26,299 nt of DNA from a bacterium (GTDB lineage: Bacteria > Zhuqueibacterota > Zhuqueibacteria > Zhuqueibacterales > Zhuqueibacteraceae): positions 1 to 26,299 of the forward strand of contig JBIOXB010000171.1 in the NCBI GenBank assembly GCA_044869275.1. Direction: 5' to 3'. The notes beneath the pieces were generated by a model. The model was given only the letters and a program-made list of their open reading frames with translations, did not search any database and was not told the origin of the DNA. Below are positions 24,941 through 26,299 of this stretch, piece after piece (positions within the stretch are counted from its first letter, which is position 1; each line of letters opens with the position of its first letter). The translations under genes were made by a program, and so were the position numbers.

Positions 24941-26299
24941 ATGGCCATTTCAAGAGTACTGGAGAGCTTTCTCAAGGGCAATAAAATCTACAGCATCGGC
25001 AATCTCACCGAATTGACGATTCCATTTGTCGCGACCCTACCAGGTTATACAAAAGAGATAGGAAATGAGATACGTAGATTAAGGCGACGAGAGAAGTTCT
25101 TAACTACATCAACCAAAGCAACCGTTGGGGATTTGAGGCAATCAACTCCGAATCATTTGGGTAGAATTACTTTCGTCAGAAAAGATGGGAAAGAGCTTTT
25201 TGCGCTGTCAGATAGTAGCGTTAGTATCTCTAAAAAAATAGTGCTCTCAACACGGTTGTTAAACGTGCTTGTCGCGACCAATTATAATCAGAATTTTACA
25301 AATTTTCTTTCTCTTAATGATGATGCTTTGATGAATGTTCAAAATTTTGGTCGCACTTGTTTAGCTGAGTTTCATCAAATAAGAAAAATACTTCAAAACT
25401 TCTCAAATAATTTGAAGCTATCCTTTCCTGAAGTTGAAAAAACAGATTACGTACTGGACGCCAAACAAAAAGCACATGTACCAAAAGAACTGGGAGAGCT
25501 GGAGTTTGAGACAGTTTTTCTTTTTGTCGATGGTTTTGAAAATCTGACTTCCAACACTGTTACAAAGCTCTTAAATAGGTTTTGCTATTTAAGAGAGTTG
25601 GATAAAAAAACATTTGATGATCTACTCGAAATTAAGGGACTTGGACGAAAGGCCGTGGGATTCTTGTGGGATTGGCTAAGTAGACTACACGCAAGCAGCT
25701 TTGAAGAATTGCAGGAAAAATTGGCTGTAATTTCAAATCAACACAATTTATCGACTAGCACATTCGAGTGCAGCTTTTTGTGTAATCAATTCCTGCTTTC
25801 TTGTGGGATTGACTCCTTGGCGAAGATCTCAAACTTGGAAAAACTAATTCAATCGCGTTTGTCAAGAGTCGCAAAAATAGCAATTCTTGAGTTGCGAACC
25901 TTATATTTTGATCCGGTCGCTTCGAAATTCAAAACTAAATCAAACAGTTCTAAAATGGGACGGATAAATCTTCCATTAGACATAGACACATTTTTGGATG
26001 ACAGGGAAGCAATAAGAATTGCAGAACTTGATAGCAAAAATGTACCTGATGAAATTCTCAAGAATATTCTCTCTTGCAAGACCGGATTTACGATTGTGAG
26101 AGGCATAAACCCAATGAAAACCAAAGACACGAACTACCGATTAAAACATGCTGAGAAAATCATTAATAATCCGCAAGCACAAAGATTGATTAAGCACAAA
26201 AAAATCTATTTTCAATCATTCCCAGATAAGAGATGGAATCTTTTGACCGTACCAAGTATTCGACCTGAGCAAGGATTCGAAAATCCGACAGAATATGTC
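24941..26299 (+). CDS. AT-rich protein (partial, at least 453 aa) with tandem RNA polymerase alpha-CTD-like HhH repeats
   Basis: Manual translation shows no stop from ATG 24941 to the window end. It contains LSTRLLNVL...LMNVQNFGRTCLAEF and LRELDKKTFDDLLEIKGLGRKAV. Confidence 0.8.
   Translation, partial: MAISRVLESFLKGNKIYSIGNLTELTIPFVATLPGYTKEIGNEIRRLRRREKFLTTSTKATVGDLRQSTPNHLGRITFVRKDGKELFALSDSSVSISKKIVLSTRLLNVLVATNYNQNFTNFLSLNDDALMNVQNFGRTCLAEFHQIRKILQNFSNNLKLSFPEVEKTDYVLDAKQKAHVPKELGELEFETVFLFVDGFENLTSNTVTKLLNRFCYLRELDKKTFDDLLEIKGLGRKAVGFLWDWLSRLHASSFEELQEKLAVISNQHNLSTSTFECSFLCNQFLLSCGIDSLAKISNLEKLIQSRLSRVAKIAILELRTLYFDPVASKFKTKSNSSKMGRINLPLDIDTFLDDREAIRIAELDSKNVPDEILKNILSCKTGFTIVRGINPMKTKDTNYRLKHAEKIINNPQAQRLIKHKKIYFQSFPDKRWNLLTVPSIRPEQGFENPTEYV

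Overview
Bacterial chromosomal window with a GC-rich core. The gene set and the group II GGGP synthase suggest an FCB-related lineage such as KSB1, which is inference only. From left to right it contains: the end of an IS that interrupts an NSS/SNF transporter gene; a SAM methyltransferase; a cluster of 8 tRNAs (all four Ser isoacceptors plus Gln, Glu, Arg and Ala) interleaved with a frameshifted gltX and with tadA; and heptamer-repeat spacers after every tRNA that lacks an encoded CCA. Next is an AT-richer accessory island (~5.7-10.45 kb) with an internally deleted RhuM-family gene, gene remnants, several REP-like palindromes, an AbiEi/AbiEii type IV TA pair and an unexplained 42-bp-period array with two dyads per unit. 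An SDH/ClpP-like protein whose catalytic motifs look lost follows. The housekeeping run is SRP RNA-dnaX-ybaB-recR-pgsA-pgpA-cinA-thpR-recA-recX-(deleted BrnT toxin with intact antitoxin)-alaS-GGGP synthase-CpsB phosphatase. The window ends in an AT-rich open ORF, missed by the ORF track, built of tandem RNA polymerase alpha-CTD-like repeats. The best candidates for something undescribed are the 42-bp array (7618-7972), the multi-alpha-CTD protein (24941-end) and the tRNA-trailer heptamer repeats. All family calls come from motif recognition by eye; no searches were run.
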